Source: Kiritimatiellia bacterium (GTDB taxonomy: Bacteria > Verrucomicrobiota > Kiritimatiellia > SS1-B-03-39 > UBA6053). From it: a DNA stretch of 45,355 nt. Below the pieces are notes generated by a model. It was not told the DNA's origin. It saw only the letters and a list, made by a program, of their open reading frames with translations, and ran no database searches. The first letter of the stretch is position 1, and the number at the start of each line of letters is the position of its first letter. The translations under genes were made by a program, and so were the position numbers. Of this stretch, positions 25,085 to 34,435 are shown piece by piece. Where the stretch lies: assembly GCA_029936175.1 (NCBI GenBank), contig JAPYUI010000009.1, forward strand, positions 1,661 to 47,015. The letters run 5' to 3'.

Positions 25085-27544
25085 ATGGATGTAGACGAGA
25101 AAATGAAGGCGAAGGTCGAGAAGGGGGGGGATTCCCTCCAGGATCGCCTAATTGACCTTGAGGGGAAGAATGCGACGCTCAGCAAGCGAGTAAATATCCT
25201 CGAGCGGGACCTTGAACGCAAAACCGACGAGCAAGTTGCCGCGATCGAGGACAACGAGAAACAGGTCAAAGAAATATACAGCCTGAAAAAAGGCGTAAAA
25301 GAGCAGCTGGAACAGGCCGCTCATTTTGAAATATCCCTCGGCAAAGAAAAAGAAAAGCTCATCCAGGTCACCGATGAGTTGAATATCAAGATCCAGGAAA
25401 TCGATTCACAGAACAAGCATCTTGAGAGTGAGTTGAGAGATACGCGTCTTGGAAGGGAGGACAAGGAAAAAGCCCTCACCGAAGTTACGCGTGAACGCGA
25501 TAAACTTGCACGACGTGCCACCGATGTTGAGGGGGCAACTGCTGCCCTCAAGGAACAGCTTCATGGACTCGAAGTCGAACAGGTCGAACTTGAGCGCGAG
25601 CGCAAGAAATTCCAGGATGAAATTGCTGAGGCCAATCGAACGCATGGAAAGCTTTCAAAAGCGCATGGCGATCTGGAGCACAGGCACGGAACGGTAGAAA
25701 GGGAACTCCGCCAGAAGGTCGCCGATCATCTGGTGTTGAGTGAGGAGGTGGAAGCGCTTCGCGTCGAGTTGGCTGAAACCTATGCCGGTCACGAGGCCAG
25801 CAAGAAGGAGGCGGAAAAATTCAAGCAGATACTCGCCAATAAAGACACGGACTTCGCAGGCGAACTCAAGGAGTTGAACCAGCGGTCGGAAGCGCTCAAG
25901 GAAGAAAAAAGATTACTTGAAGCGGAGCACTACAAGCTTGAGGGAAAATACAAGAAGACCCGCGAGGAGAACAGCCGCCTTCAGGACGAGGCCGGAGCCG
26001 TTGCTGGAAAACTTGAGATTGCCACCGGGGACTTGGAGCGCCGGACCAGTGACCAGGCTTCAGCAAGTGGGCGAGCCAAGCGGTTGGAGAACGAAAAGCG
26101 TCAGCTGGAGGAAGAGAACAGCGCAATACTGGCGACCAATAAGCAGTTGAGCGGCCAGATGCAAGAGGTCGAAAAGTTGCTGAACAGCTCGAAGTCTCAG
26201 GTTGAGCAACTCAGCCAGGAAGGACAGACTGTTGGCGAGCGCCTGCAGCAGATGTCGGATTCCCTGGAACAAAAAACCCGGGCATATGAAACGACTGCAC
26301 AGGAGCTTGAATCGATTAAGGGCAAGCGCTCAGGTGTCGAGGCTCAGGTCGAGCGGGAACGGTCCCGTGCCGAGAATCATCAGGAACGTGTCAAGGAGCT
26401 GGAAGGCGAAGTCGAGCGCGGTTTCGTACAGGTGAAGGATGCCGCCGCCCAGTTGCAGAAAGTCACCAACACCATTTTAGACCTGCGTAAGGCAAACAAG
26501 GATCTTCGCCGGCAACTGAGCGCAGACGACTCCAGTAAAGTAGACAAATCCTCTGAGCAGGAATTGAAAATAGACGCCCAGGAGGAGGAATTAAACCTTT
26601 TGCGGAAACAGCTTGAGGCCGCTCGGGAGGAACGTGGCGAAGGGGCTGGCGATGCCGGTGAAATGGCCGCCCAGCTACAGAGGGCTCAAAGTGAGCAAAG
26701 CGAACTTGCCGAAATGGTCGGTGTCCTTAAAGACGAACTTAAGCGCGTGAAACAGGCTGCCCCTCAACCCGCTGGCCCCGCTCCCGAAGATGCCGGGCTC
26801 AAGGCGGAGAATGACACCTTGCGCAAAGAGCTGGAATCCTTGCAGTCCGCGAACGAAAGTGAATCTCCTTCGGATGAGGTCCTCAAGAAATTACAGCGTG
26901 AACACGATGAGATGAAGCGCGGAAAAGAGGAAGCTGAACGGTTGATCGAAGCCCTGCAGGAAGAGGACTCCGCTGAATTAAATGTTGATGTCGGGAAGTT
27001 GCGCAATGAGAAGGACCGTCTAAATACCGAACTTTCCCAGGCCCGGATGACGATTATGGATGCCGCGAACCTCACGACCAAGTCGCGCATGCTGGAAGAA
27101 GAGAATACCAAGCTTCGCCAGGAAAATGGCACGCTTAAAAAAGGTGTGGAGCAGGCCTTGAATGCCGACTTCCAGGCCAAGGAACTCACCATAAAGGCGA
27201 TGGCCAAAGACGAAGCCGGGCCGAGTTCGGAACTGAGTCCCGTGTCGGTGGCAGCGAAAACCGAGATGTCTTCTGATGAGGCCGAAGCGCCAAAACCTAC
27301 GGTAAAAACCGGCCTGAGGCCCAAGGACTCCACCGCGGAGGTCATTAAGCCGAACGAAGCTCCGGGCCTGAAGACCAAGCCCGTAGAAGAAGCATTGGAC
27401 GGCAATACGCACAAGCTTAAGCTGAAGCCCGTTGGCAAAGACGAAAAAAACGAGGTGAAGGATGCCGTCGACGCGACGATCAAGTCCAAATTCGCCAAGT
27501 CGCTTTTCGGAGCTGTCAAGGCTCCGAAGTCCAAGAAGAAATAA
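25085..27544 (+). CDS. Large coiled-coil rod protein (819 aa) with disordered P/K/E-rich tail and C-terminal amphipathic basic helix
   Basis: E/K/L/Q/R-rich heptad-like sequence runs almost continuously from aa ~5 to ~700, with no nucleotide-binding motifs. There is a proline break at AAPQPAGPAPEDAG. The last 20 aa are KSKFAKSLFGAVKAPKSKKK (27482-27541). Confidence 0.75.
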   Translation: MDVDEKMKAKVEKGGDSLQDRLIDLEGKNATLSKRVNILERDLERKTDEQVAAIEDNEKQVKEIYSLKKGVKEQLEQAAHFEISLGKEKEKLIQVTDELNIKIQEIDSQNKHLESELRDTRLGREDKEKALTEVTRERDKLARRATDVEGATAALKEQLHGLEVEQVELERERKKFQDEIAEANRTHGKLSKAHGDLEHRHGTVERELRQKVADHLVLSEEVEALRVELAETYAGHEASKKEAEKFKQILANKDTDFAGELKELNQRSEALKEEKRLLEAEHYKLEGKYKKTREENSRLQDEAGAVAGKLEIATGDLERRTSDQASASGRAKRLENEKRQLEEENSAILATNKQLSGQMQEVEKLLNSSKSQVEQLSQEGQTVGERLQQMSDSLEQKTRAYETTAQELESIKGKRSGVEAQVERERSRAENHQERVKELEGEVERGFVQVKDAAAQLQKVTNTILDLRKANKDLRRQLSADDSSKVDKSSEQELKIDAQEEELNLLRKQLEAAREERGEGAGDAGEMAAQLQRAQSEQSELAEMVGVLKDELKRVKQAAPQPAGPAPEDAGLKAENDTLRKELESLQSANESESPSDEVLKKLQREHDEMKRGKEEAERLIEALQEEDSAELNVDVGKLRNEKDRLNTELSQARMTIMDAANLTTKSRMLEEENTKLRQENGTLKKGVEQALNADFQAKELTIKAMAKDEAGPSSELSPVSVAAKTEMSSDEAEAPKPTVKTGLRPKDSTAEVIKPNEAPGLKTKPVEEALDGNTHKLKLKPVGKDEKNEVKDAVDATIKSKFAKSLFGAVKAPKSKKK

Positions 27545-27546
27545 GT

Positions 27547-27879
27547 TCAATCCTCTTTTTCGGGCCGCTCTCGCAGGGTGTTAGGAAGTTGGAGAAGCGT
27601 GTTGTCCCCACGGCTTTCTTTACGCAGGTCTTCCGCCATCGGCATGACGGAGATTACATACGTTGGATTGAGGTATACCCGGGCAAGGTAATGGGGATCC
27701 CACTCGGACCATCCCTGAATCCGATCGTTGTCGTCGAAATAAACAAGGTCCTCAAGCAGGACGAATCCCCCTGCTCCTAGTTGTTTCATCAGGGAAGCTT
27801 CGTTCAGGGTTGTACTGCCAAAGTACAGGTAGGTTTCATGGCCGGAAAGCATCTCCACGCGGTACCAATGTCGTTTCAT
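27547..27879 (-). CDS. Hypothetical protein (110 aa)
   Basis: The ATG at 27879 is preceded by CAGGAC 6 nt upstream. The sequence looks globular (MKRHWYRVEMLSGHETYLYFGSTTLNEASLMKQLGAGGFVLLEDLVYFDDNDRIQGWSEWDPHY...). The listed longer form (to 28056) starts with TTG. I recognised no family. Confidence 0.4.
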   Translation of the reverse strand: MKRHWYRVEMLSGHETYLYFGSTTLNEASLMKQLGAGGFVLLEDLVYFDDNDRIQGWSEWDPHYLARVYLNPTYVISVMPMAEDLRKESRGDNTLLQLPNTLRERPEKED

Positions 27880-28095
27880 GCCATAGTCCTGACAGGTTTT
27901 ATGAACCAAACCAAACCTATCCTTGGGAAAATCGTTTGTAATGGGGTGTGATATTTTTCTGGAACACCGGAACGACTCACCTGGCTTTTGCTGTAGTGCA
28001 GAATCCTGTATGGCAACATACGACTGGTTGGATGCCCCTGGGTGCGATCCCTTCAAGCCGTGGCGACAGCGTCAGGTATTCACCGGCTTTCCAAA

Positions 28096-30276
28096 TCACG
28101 GGATGGGGAATGATTGGGTCAATGCAACAGCCTCCTGCTTGACACGCTCCGTGACCGATTCGTCCTCGACGTTACCCAGGATTTCTGAAATCCAGGCGGC
28201 GATCTTTACCATCTCCGCTTCTTTCATGCCGCGGGAGGTCACGGCGGGTGTGCCGAGACGAATACCGCTTGCCACAAAAGGACTCCGGGTATCGAAAGGG
28301 ATCCCGTTTTTGTTGACGGTAATTAAGGCCTTATCCAGGACCTCGGCGGCGACCTTTCCGGTGATGTCAACCGGGTTCAGATCCACCAGCATAAGGTGAT
28401 TGTCGGTTCCGCCGGAACAGATGCGCAGGCCACCGGCTTCCAGTCCGTGGGCCAGGGCCTGGGCATTCTTGATGACCTGTTCCTGATACGTTTTAAACGA
28501 AGGCTGGAGCGCCTCGTGTAAGCAGACCGCCTTGGCGGCGATGATGTGCATGAGCGGGCCGCCCTGAATGCCGGGAAAAATCTGCTTGTCGATGTCAGCG
28601 GCAAAACGTTCCTGGCAAAGAATGAGCCCGCCGCGCGGCCCCCGCAGGGTTTTATGCGTCGTGGTTGTGACGAATTCGCAATGGGGCACGGGATTTGGGT
28701 GGCAGCCTGCGGCAACCAGACCCGCAATGTGTGCCATGTCGGCCATGAGATAAGCACCGACCGCATCGGCAATCTGGCGGAGTCGCGGGAAGTCGATGAT
28801 GCGCGAGTACGCACTGGCCCCGGCGAGAATCAACTGCGGCTTGTGTTTTTCGGCCAGTTGCTGGATTTCATCATAACTCAGGCATTCCGTTTCTTTATCC
28901 ACCCCGTAATGGACGATCTTGTACGTGCGCCCGGAGAAATTGGCACCGAGTCCGTGCGTGAGATGCCCACCGTGCGCGAGTGAGAGTGAAAGAATGGTGT
29001 CGCCGGGCTTCAGCGCGGCATAAAAGACGGCCATATTGGCACTGCTACCGCAGTGGGCCTGCACATTGGCGTGGTCGGCCCCAAACAACCGCTTCGCCCG
29101 GTCGATGGCGAGCTGTTCCGCCTGGTCGACAAATCCGCAACCGTGATACCAACGCTTGCCGGGATAACCTTCCGCATATTTGTTGGTCATGAGCGAACCC
29201 TGGGCCTCGCGAATCGCTTTACTGGCGTAATTCTCCGAAGCGATCAGCTCGATGTTCTGGGATTGCCGACGTTCTTCATTCTTGAGCGCGGAATAGATCT
29301 CGGGATCGGTTTTGTAGACGTTGACCGGGTAATTGATCGTCGCGGCGATGTCATCGATCTTGCTGATGCGTTGTTCATGCCGTCCACCTTCAAACTCGTT
29401 GTTGAGCCAGGCGTTGAGGATTTCCTCAAGCTGCTTGCTGATCTCACCGTTTCCAGGCAGGGCGAGGATGTTGGCATCGTTGTGGGTCCGTGCCATCTTG
29501 GCGAAGGCCGGATTCATAACCAGTGCTGCCCGAACGCGGGGGAACTTGTTGGCCGTGATGCTCATTCCGATGCCGGTGGTGCAAACGAGAATGCCCTGGT
29601 CGACATGTCCTTCTGAGACACGACGGGCGACGAGGGCCCCAAAGTCGGGGTAGTCGACGGATTCCACCGATTCGGTGCCGAGGTCTTCCACCTCAATGTT
29701 CCATTCGGAGAGGAGCTCCTTGACGCGGTTCTTTATTTCTAGACCGCCATGATCGGCGCCGATTGCGATTTTCATATCGTTGCTCTTTTCTTGGTCGGGT
29801 CGTTCGAGCTTCCCGTGTTCGCGGAGCATTAAAATAAGATCTGCGAGTGCACTGTCAATTTCGTCACGTATCTGGCGGTAGACCTCCATCGGGCCTCCGA
29901 CAGGATCGCTGATATCCCGGTTACTTTCTCCGGTACCGAAGGACGTCAGCAGGCGGACTTTCCGGTCCGCATCGGGAGCCGAATGCAGGATCATCTCCCG
30001 ATGGCCAGCGGTCATTACCACGACCAGGTCGGCCTCGTCAACCAGTTGCCGGGTGAGGAGTGTGGATCCCGACAACAAGGGCTCCACCTTCTGCTCCCGG
30101 AGGGCCTGGATGGCTTCCGCACTCGGCGGAAGACCGTCGCTGGTCGATATGCCGGCCGAAGAAATCTCCCATTGTTCCTGCGCCCCGAGTCGATGGATCA
30201 GCAAGGCTTCGGCCATTGGTGATCGGCAGGTATTCCCGGTACAGACAAAAATTAATTTCTTTATTGCTACGCTCAT
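28096..30276 (-). CDS. glyA: Tri-domain fusion: low-molecular-weight protein phosphatase (YwlE/LMW-PTP-like) + ribose-5-phosphate isomerase B + serine hydroxymethyltransferase
   Basis: This is one uninterrupted 726-aa frame with three domains.
- aa 1-~155: [16 protein letters not shown] (CX5R-S P-loop) and the DISDP acid loop.
- aa 168-~310: [42 protein letters not shown] and [11 protein letters not shown] (RpiB).
- aa ~318-726: [43 protein letters not shown] and [15 protein letters not shown] (SHMT with its PLP lysine). Confidence 0.85.
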   Translation of the reverse strand: MSVAIKKLIFVCTGNTCRSPMAEALLIHRLGAQEQWEISSAGISTSDGLPPSAEAIQALREQKVEPLLSGSTLLTRQLVDEADLVVVMTAGHREMILHSAPDADRKVRLLTSFGTGESNRDISDPVGGPMEVYRQIRDEIDSALADLILMLREHGKLERPDQEKSNDMKIAIGADHGGLEIKNRVKELLSEWNIEVEDLGTESVESVDYPDFGALVARRVSEGHVDQGILVCTTGIGMSITANKFPRVRAALVMNPAFAKMARTHNDANILALPGNGEISKQLEEILNAWLNNEFEGGRHEQRISKIDDIAATINYPVNVYKTDPEIYSALKNEERRQSQNIELIASENYASKAIREAQGSLMTNKYAEGYPGKRWYHGCGFVDQAEQLAIDRAKRLFGADHANVQAHCGSSANMAVFYAALKPGDTILSLSLAHGGHLTHGLGANFSGRTYKIVHYGVDKETECLSYDEIQQLAEKHKPQLILAGASAYSRIIDFPRLRQIADAVGAYLMADMAHIAGLVAAGCHPNPVPHCEFVTTTTHKTLRGPRGGLILCQERFAADIDKQIFPGIQGGPLMHIIAAKAVCLHEALQPSFKTYQEQVIKNAQALAHGLEAGGLRICSGGTDNHLMLVDLNPVDITGKVAAEVLDKALITVNKNGIPFDTRSPFVASGIRLGTPAVTSRGMKEAEMVKIAAWISEILGNVEDESVTERVKQEAVALTQSFPIP

Positions 30277-30309
30277 GTGTGTTTTCAGGCGGGCAAAACC
30301 GCCTCTGGT

Positions 30310-30900
30310 TCATCCCAGCGCATCTTCGATTTCCTGCAAACCGAGGCCACCTTCGCGCAGGAGTTCAATCGAATCGGAGGACAATTGGAGAATCGAACTG
30401 GCCACCTTAAGCGGGCAAGGACCTCCGTCAAGTATCAAGGAAACCGCAGCGGAGAGAACGGCTTCCGCATCTTGAGCGGTCAGTGCATCGGGTTCCCCGC
30501 TACGATTGGCGCTGGTCACCAGCAGGGGGGCACCCAGTGTCTGAAGTAGTTTCAAGGCTACGGGATGGTCCGGAACGCGGTAAGCGACGGTACCTTCCCG
30601 TACATGGGGTAGGACCAGGGTGAGTGGGCCGGGCCAGAATTGCTCTGCGAGCCGCCGCGCACGCGTGTCAACCAAGGCGCCGTGGGCAATGACCTGGTCC
30701 AGATCCGCGACCAGGCGAGCAACCTTCTTTTCCGGGGGACGTTGCTTCGCCGTGAACAGGCGATCTACGGCGTGCGGCAGGTCTTCCAGGCAGGCCATGC
30801 CGTACACGGTGTCGGTGGGGAATACTACCAGTCCGCCTTCACGGAGTTCCTGCACCGCCTGTGAGATCGCCGCATCCGTAGCGGGAAGAAGGGCTGTCAT
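30310..30900 (-). CDS. tsaC: L-threonylcarbamoyladenylate synthase (YrdC/YwlC/Sua5 family, short form)
   Basis: GGLVVFPTDTVYGMAC, PGPLTLVLP, YRVPDHPVALKLL and PLLVTSANRSGEP. Confidence 0.85.
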   Translation of the reverse strand: MTALLPATDAAISQAVQELREGGLVVFPTDTVYGMACLEDLPHAVDRLFTAKQRPPEKKVARLVADLDQVIAHGALVDTRARRLAEQFWPGPLTLVLPHVREGTVAYRVPDHPVALKLLQTLGAPLLVTSANRSGEPDALTAQDAEAVLSAAVSLILDGGPCPLKVASSILQLSSDSIELLREGGLGLQEIEDALG

Positions 30901-30912
30901 CTTATCCGGCGG

Positions 30913-32142
30913 TCAAGGGGTTTTCCCGAAAGCACGAATATTCAGCGCCTTCAAACCAAGGAGTACATCAAATGCACGCTGCATGATCGCATCGTGTGCC
31001 ACGCGCTCCTTTATTCGTTCACCAATGCGATCTTCGTCTCCAGTCTCACGGTTGTTGAAGCTGGGTATCGGGGCAATCGGAGCCACCTTTATGTTAACAT
31101 CAGCAACCTCGACGTCCGGTTGAATGCCGCGGCTGCCATCATACGTTGTGCCATCACTCATCACGACTTGATGGGTAGCAAGGTACAGGTAGTCACCTCC
31201 CGGCAACTTGATAAATTTCCGGAGCGCAAAATCGCCTTCCGTGGTTTCCCCGACGACCATGGTGCCCAGGCCACTGCCTTTAAGCGCAGCTGCCAGCAGC
31301 TCGGACGCACCAGAGGTTCGGCGGTTAACCAGTACCATCACCGGCAAGGTGATCGGCGCGGTCTCTCCGGTTTCAAATTTTTCCAATCGGTTCAGCGGGG
31401 CGTATTGAACCGTAAACAGGGGACTGCTCGACGGGGCAAATTGTTCGGCGATCGTTTTAACCGCAGTAAGGTTTCGACCACCGGCATTGCGCAGGTCGAG
31501 AATGAGCCCGACCTTACCCTGCTGCTCCCAGTTTCGAAACTGTTTGACCAGCCCAACAGCGCCGTTCTTGTACAAACCGTTAATCTTGATGTAGCCGATC
31601 TCCTCGGGCAGTGCTTCAGCGATCTCAACCGTGTTTAACTGACCGGCGCGCAGGGTAAGGGTCAGTTCGCGAATTTCGCCCTCGGCACTTTGTAAGGCGA
31701 GCTCGAGGGTTCGTTCTGCCTTGGAGCGCAGTAACTCCACCGCTTCGCTGAATCGGTTGCTGGAGAACTGCTTGCCATCGACCGCAAGAATCACATCACC
31801 AAGATGCGCGCCCGCACGCGGTGCGGGAGTCCCGGGATCCATTCGGTGTATGTGGTGCAGACCGTTGGTAATGATCAGGTGAATCCCCGAATCGTAGATC
31901 CGCCCGGCGTGGTGCTCCTTGAGGCGCTGGGCCTGTGTCTCCGTCAGCAGATCGCCGAGCGGATCGGCCGATTGAACGAGGGCGATGGCTGCCGCACGCC
32001 GCGCGCGATTTCCATCGAAGGCTATCCCACTCTTCTCGAGCAGACTTACGACTTCGCTGAATAGGTCTGCCTCCTGTCCTTGAACCGGCAGGCAGAGATG
32101 TCCGGCCATCCAGAGGCCTGCTAGAGAGATCAACAACCGCAT
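30913..32142 (-). CDS. S41 family C-terminal processing peptidase with PDZ domain
   Basis: Signal peptide MRLLISLAGLWMAGHLCLPVQGQ. PDZ-like segment PAPRAGAHLGDVILAVDGKQF. GLILDLRNAGGRNL, catalytic-Ser context VLVNRRTSGASELLAAALK and GIQPDVEV. Confidence 0.8.
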   Translation of the reverse strand: MRLLISLAGLWMAGHLCLPVQGQEADLFSEVVSLLEKSGIAFDGNRARRAAAIALVQSADPLGDLLTETQAQRLKEHHAGRIYDSGIHLIITNGLHHIHRMDPGTPAPRAGAHLGDVILAVDGKQFSSNRFSEAVELLRSKAERTLELALQSAEGEIRELTLTLRAGQLNTVEIAEALPEEIGYIKINGLYKNGAVGLVKQFRNWEQQGKVGLILDLRNAGGRNLTAVKTIAEQFAPSSSPLFTVQYAPLNRLEKFETGETAPITLPVMVLVNRRTSGASELLAAALKGSGLGTMVVGETTEGDFALRKFIKLPGGDYLYLATHQVVMSDGTTYDGSRGIQPDVEVADVNIKVAPIAPIPSFNNRETGDEDRIGERIKERVAHDAIMQRAFDVLLGLKALNIRAFGKTP

Positions 32143-32145
32143 GGA

Positions 32146-33279
32146 CTATTTAACCGAGGACGGAATGACGGGGACAGGCGCTGGAACCGGGATTATGGGA
32201 GCGGTCGGTACCGGGGTGATCCGCACATCGGTGGGTTTTCCGGTATTCGGAGCCGGGATAACGATCCTCGGGGCGGAGACCCTGGGCCTGTTTGCGGTAT
32301 AGGGGGCCAATACATTGATGGGGATCTCAATCACTTCTTTTCCCTTCACGTTGGTCCGAATGATAATCTTTTCCCCGTTCAGCGACTTGTTCGCCGTGAT
32401 ATCCCGTACAACGATCCGCCATCCATAACGGCCCTTGTTCTGGACCGTGATTTTGGCCTGTTCGGAACAAGTGCACTCGGCGGACTGGATGGTAAAGTCA
32501 GCCACGGAATTCCCGCGCACGGTAATGTAACGCGTCTGGGGAGTCTTGATTGCCGAGGAAAGCTGTAAGATATTGGGGATGATGGTCAACTGGCCCCGGA
32601 CGGTTGCGATCACGGGAACCGAGATATTGGGCATGGCCTTCGAGGTGGTCTGGATGTTGAGTGTTTCACGAAACACACCCTGCTTGGCTTCGCCCTTGGC
32701 CGTCACCTTCACTTCATACTTTTTACCCGCTTCGATAACCTTGATCTCGGTGTCAACCAACTGCCGACTGCTGAGCACTTTGGTGATCTCAAAAGGTTCA
32801 TCCCGGGTTGTGCTCACGGAGATCGTCCGCGTGAATTTTCCCGGTGGGAGGACGCCTTCGGGAAGGACGCCAAAAGAAATACTGACCGGTTGCACATCGA
32901 TCACGGAGGTTGCGGTTCCGTCAAAGCGCAACTGCATGGTTGAGCGCTTGGGGTCGTTGGAGGTCACCACGATGTTCTTGATCTGGCGGCCCCGGCGACC
33001 TTTCAAATTGAGGGTCACAGGAATCTGGGTACTCAGGCCGGGCGCGACGGTGCGCGGCTTGGTGTCGGTGATCGTGCATCCGCAGGTTGGGCGGATGCTC
33101 CTGATCTCAAGCGGTTTGTCGCCCGCGTTCTTGATGACGAAGGTATGCTTGACCAGCTCGGTGTTCTCGACTGTTCCGAATTCAAATACGGCATTTTCAC
33201 ATTCAAGGATGGGGGCCGCGTCGGCGGCCCATCCGGCCAGGGCACCCGCGACGGTCATCATACGGAGGACTGTTTTCAT
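32146..33279 (-). CDS. Secreted DUF1573-domain protein with additional Ig-like domains and Pro-rich C-terminal tail
   Basis: A signal peptide is followed by AVFEFGTVENTELVKHTFVIKNAGDKPLEIRSIRPTCGCT (the DUF1573 hallmark ending in CGCT). The tail is APRIVIPAPNTGKPTDVRITPVPTAPIIPVPAPVPVIPSSVK. The stop is 3 nt from the S41 start. Confidence 0.7.
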   Translation of the reverse strand: MKTVLRMMTVAGALAGWAADAAPILECENAVFEFGTVENTELVKHTFVIKNAGDKPLEIRSIRPTCGCTITDTKPRTVAPGLSTQIPVTLNLKGRRGRQIKNIVVTSNDPKRSTMQLRFDGTATSVIDVQPVSISFGVLPEGVLPPGKFTRTISVSTTRDEPFEITKVLSSRQLVDTEIKVIEAGKKYEVKVTAKGEAKQGVFRETLNIQTTSKAMPNISVPVIATVRGQLTIIPNILQLSSAIKTPQTRYITVRGNSVADFTIQSAECTCSEQAKITVQNKGRYGWRIVVRDITANKSLNGEKIIIRTNVKGKEVIEIPINVLAPYTANRPRVSAPRIVIPAPNTGKPTDVRITPVPTAPIIPVPAPVPVIPSSVK

Positions 33280-33358
33280 TGTTCTATATCCAGGTTAAGC
33301 TATTCCGGCTCCAGGTCCGAACCCTGGGAAGCGTATATAACCATGCCATCAAATCGCC

Positions 33359-34324
33359 CTATTTCAAGGATTTAAGCGTTTCGGCCACCCGGATGGGCAC
33401 CTGGATGGTTTCCTTGCCCGGGATATCGGTTTGCAGCACTAAATGACCATTTTTGACCGCATCGTTGATCTGAATGTTCGATATTCGAATGCGTTCGCCG
33501 AAATGGGTTGCGGGAAGGACTTCGACCTTTGCCGCGGGGTCCGGCCAGGTAGCCCCGAGCAAGGTGTACTCGCTGACGGCCCCGGCCCGGATGTAGATAT
33601 AGCGCACCCTCGTGGTGTCGAGGAGGTCAACCGGGTTTGGGCTGATGATCAGGGCATCACGAATGACCCCTCGCACCTGGATTGAGAAGTACGGCAGATC
33701 CTTGTGATCGGTGTTGATGTAAATCAGGTCATTGACCTGGCCGGTAGTCCGGTCAACCGGTGGGACATGGACGGTGAGATCGTAGATCTCCCCCTCCTTA
33801 ATCGTCTTTAACTCCGTCTTTACCAGGCCAAGCTTGGCCTTGATGCCCGAGAGTTTGAACCGGAGGCCATCGGTGGAGTAGATGCGGACGATGCGGGTAA
33901 GCGGTGTATTCGGTTCAATTGCACCCAGCACCAACGAATCCGGATTCGTGCGAATCTTCGCCAGGGCCACGCCATTTACGAATAGCTTATAGCGCTTATG
34001 CAGGGGATCATTGGTCGGTATGGTGATAAACTTGTTTTGAACCCCGTAGCGCCGGCGGAGGTCGAGCTGCAGCGTGACCCGGGTCGTTTCACCCGGCAGC
34101 AGTTCATGCAGGTATGTTCCCGCCCGGGTACAGCCACAGGAGGCCTTCGCCTCGCCGAGCTTCAGCACCGCATCCCCCACATTTTTCAAGGTGAATGTAT
34201 GGCGGATCTTGGCTGAGTTGTTCCTTTCGCCAAAGTAGAAGACCGGTTGTTCACACAGAATCTCCGGGGCGGCCTGGGTAAGGCCCGCGAAGGCAAAAAG
34301 GACTATCCCGATTAAAATGTTCAT
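33359..34324 (-). CDS. Secreted DUF1573-domain protein, tandem paralog
   Basis: MNILIGIVLFAFAGLTQAAPE signal peptide, then PVFYFGERNNSAKIRHTFTLKNVGDAVLKLGEAKASCGCT. It has the same three-module layout as the downstream gene. I chose the ATG at 34324; the listed 34369 start is a TTG. Confidence 0.7.
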   Translation of the reverse strand: MNILIGIVLFAFAGLTQAAPEILCEQPVFYFGERNNSAKIRHTFTLKNVGDAVLKLGEAKASCGCTRAGTYLHELLPGETTRVTLQLDLRRRYGVQNKFITIPTNDPLHKRYKLFVNGVALAKIRTNPDSLVLGAIEPNTPLTRIVRIYSTDGLRFKLSGIKAKLGLVKTELKTIKEGEIYDLTVHVPPVDRTTGQVNDLIYINTDHKDLPYFSIQVRGVIRDALIISPNPVDLLDTTRVRYIYIRAGAVSEYTLLGATWPDPAAKVEVLPATHFGERIRISNIQINDAVKNGHLVLQTDIPGKETIQVPIRVAETLKSLK

Positions 34325-34435
34325 TTTATCAAATGCTGAGGAGCGTATCCGGCCTCCACCGGCCGACAAAGCCTGCTATTCAACCATCATTGTGGCCTTG
34401 CTCCGCGTGCAAAAGCAATTTAGGCTTAAATCTTC

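Noticed and set aside
25074-25094. A six-codon upstream ORF (MVNTWM*) overlapping the start of the 819-aa gene, considered as a possible regulatory leader peptide.
   Set aside because: It has no RBS of its own and no conservation evidence. ORFs this short arise by chance. I mention it only as context in a finding.
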